Made by a program: the position numbers and the translations under genes. 64,000 bases of DNA. It comes from Lytechinus pictus. Taxonomy: Eukaryota. Location: assembly GCF_037042905.1 (NCBI RefSeq), contig NC_087251.1:47866001-47930000 (forward strand). Reading direction: 5' to 3'. This document shows, piece after piece, positions 63,046-64,000 of the stretch; position 1 is the stretch's first letter; each line of letters begins with the position of its first letter. The notes below the pieces were generated by a model. That model was not told the DNA's origin, ran no database searches, and saw only the letters and a program-made list of their open reading frames with translations.

Positions 63046-64000
63046 TCAAGATGGCGTCCAAGATGCCCGCCATTCACTGAAAATTGATACAACTGACTCA
63101 TTATCCACCTTAGGAATCCCTTTTCGGTTCATATTCCATGGTCTACGGGTGAAAACTTGTTGATACAGGCTAGCGTGAATTATAAGCCCTCCAGTGTACT
63201 TGGAAAATCCAAAATGGCTGCCGTAGGCTGAAATCCACAATTCATCTAAGTGGCTTCCACTTCGTTTTTATTCACAGGTTATAAGGGTGAAGTAGTAAAT
63301 TGGAACAAATTACAAGGCCAGCCAGTGGTCTGGTGTGTCCAAAAATCCAAGATGGTGTCAAAAAATCCAAGATGGCTTCCAAAAATGGAGTTTAAAATGG
63401 CTGTAGATAATTAAAATGGACATAGTTCATTAATATCCGCCTAGGACACAATGATATTGGTGTCTAGACCATGTTCTCAATGGTCAAATAAGACACTGGG
63501 ACAAGTTACAAGGACAGCCAGTGGTCCAGTATGTTCAAAAATCCAAGATGGCTTCCAAAAGGGAATCTAAAATTGCTGTTGCTACTTTTAAAAAGCCAAC
63601 ATAGTTTGCTCAATATCCAGAAATGTGATTGTTGTGTCTATACCATGGTTAAATGGGTCTAATAATACATTGCAAGTTACAAGGAAAGTCAGTGGTCTGC
63701 TATGTGCAAAAATCCGCGATGGATTAAAAAAAATTATAAATAATACATAAATCAGACATAGCTCATTTCATATCGGCCTGGGAGATGTGATTTTGGTGTT
63801 TAAACCACTGGTTTCAAGGGTCAATTTATACATTAGGATAAGTTACAAGGACAGTCAGAGGCCTGGTTTGTCAAAAAATTTAAGTTGGCTTCCAAAAATT
63901 GATTCTAAATTGACTGCTGTTACTTAAAGTGCATGGACATAGCTTATATCATATCGGCCTGGGAGATACTGTTTTGGTGTCTAAACCACTGGTTTCAAGG
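63046..64000. repeat. Diverged ~170-bp tandem array (CAAGATGGC-containing), runs off the window
   Basis: TTACAAGG..AG.CAG.GG anchors at ~63310, 63506, 63677 and 63843; recurrent AAAATCCAAGATGGC. Probably the interior of a larger non-autonomous element starting at ~62900. Confidence 0.75.

Overview
AT-rich, repeat-dense eukaryotic genomic DNA. It is most likely a sea urchin or other echinoderm; this is inferred from a Deu-domain SINE, the GCGAGCGCGAAGCGCGAGC repeat family and many MITEs. Four protein-coding genes can be rebuilt by hand with in-phase GT-AG introns. (1) FAU, the FUBI-eS30 fusion: minus strand, 133 aa, TCT/5'TOP start. (2) FAM177A1: plus strand, 195 aa, head-to-head with FAU across <190 bp. 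(3) An intronless C3HC4 RING / TRAF-type zinc finger / coiled-coil E3 ligase: minus strand, 350 aa, with a C-terminal domain I do not recognise. (4) GDPGP1, a HIT-family GDP-D-glucose phosphorylase: minus strand, 10 coding exons, 365 aa. The rest is non-autonomous DNA transposons (hAT-, Kolobok-, Tc1/mariner-, CACTA- and piggyBac-like termini with visible TSDs), at least three tRNA-derived SINE families, two LINE fragments, microsatellites and tandem arrays. There is no CRISPR, rRNA or bona fide tRNA. I found no clear new multi-gene system. The best leads are the E3 C-terminal domain with its repeat-free leader and small ORF, a near-perfect 3'UTR hairpin in FAM177A1, a 110-bp ABAB tandem array and a compositionally odd ~700-bp intronic block.
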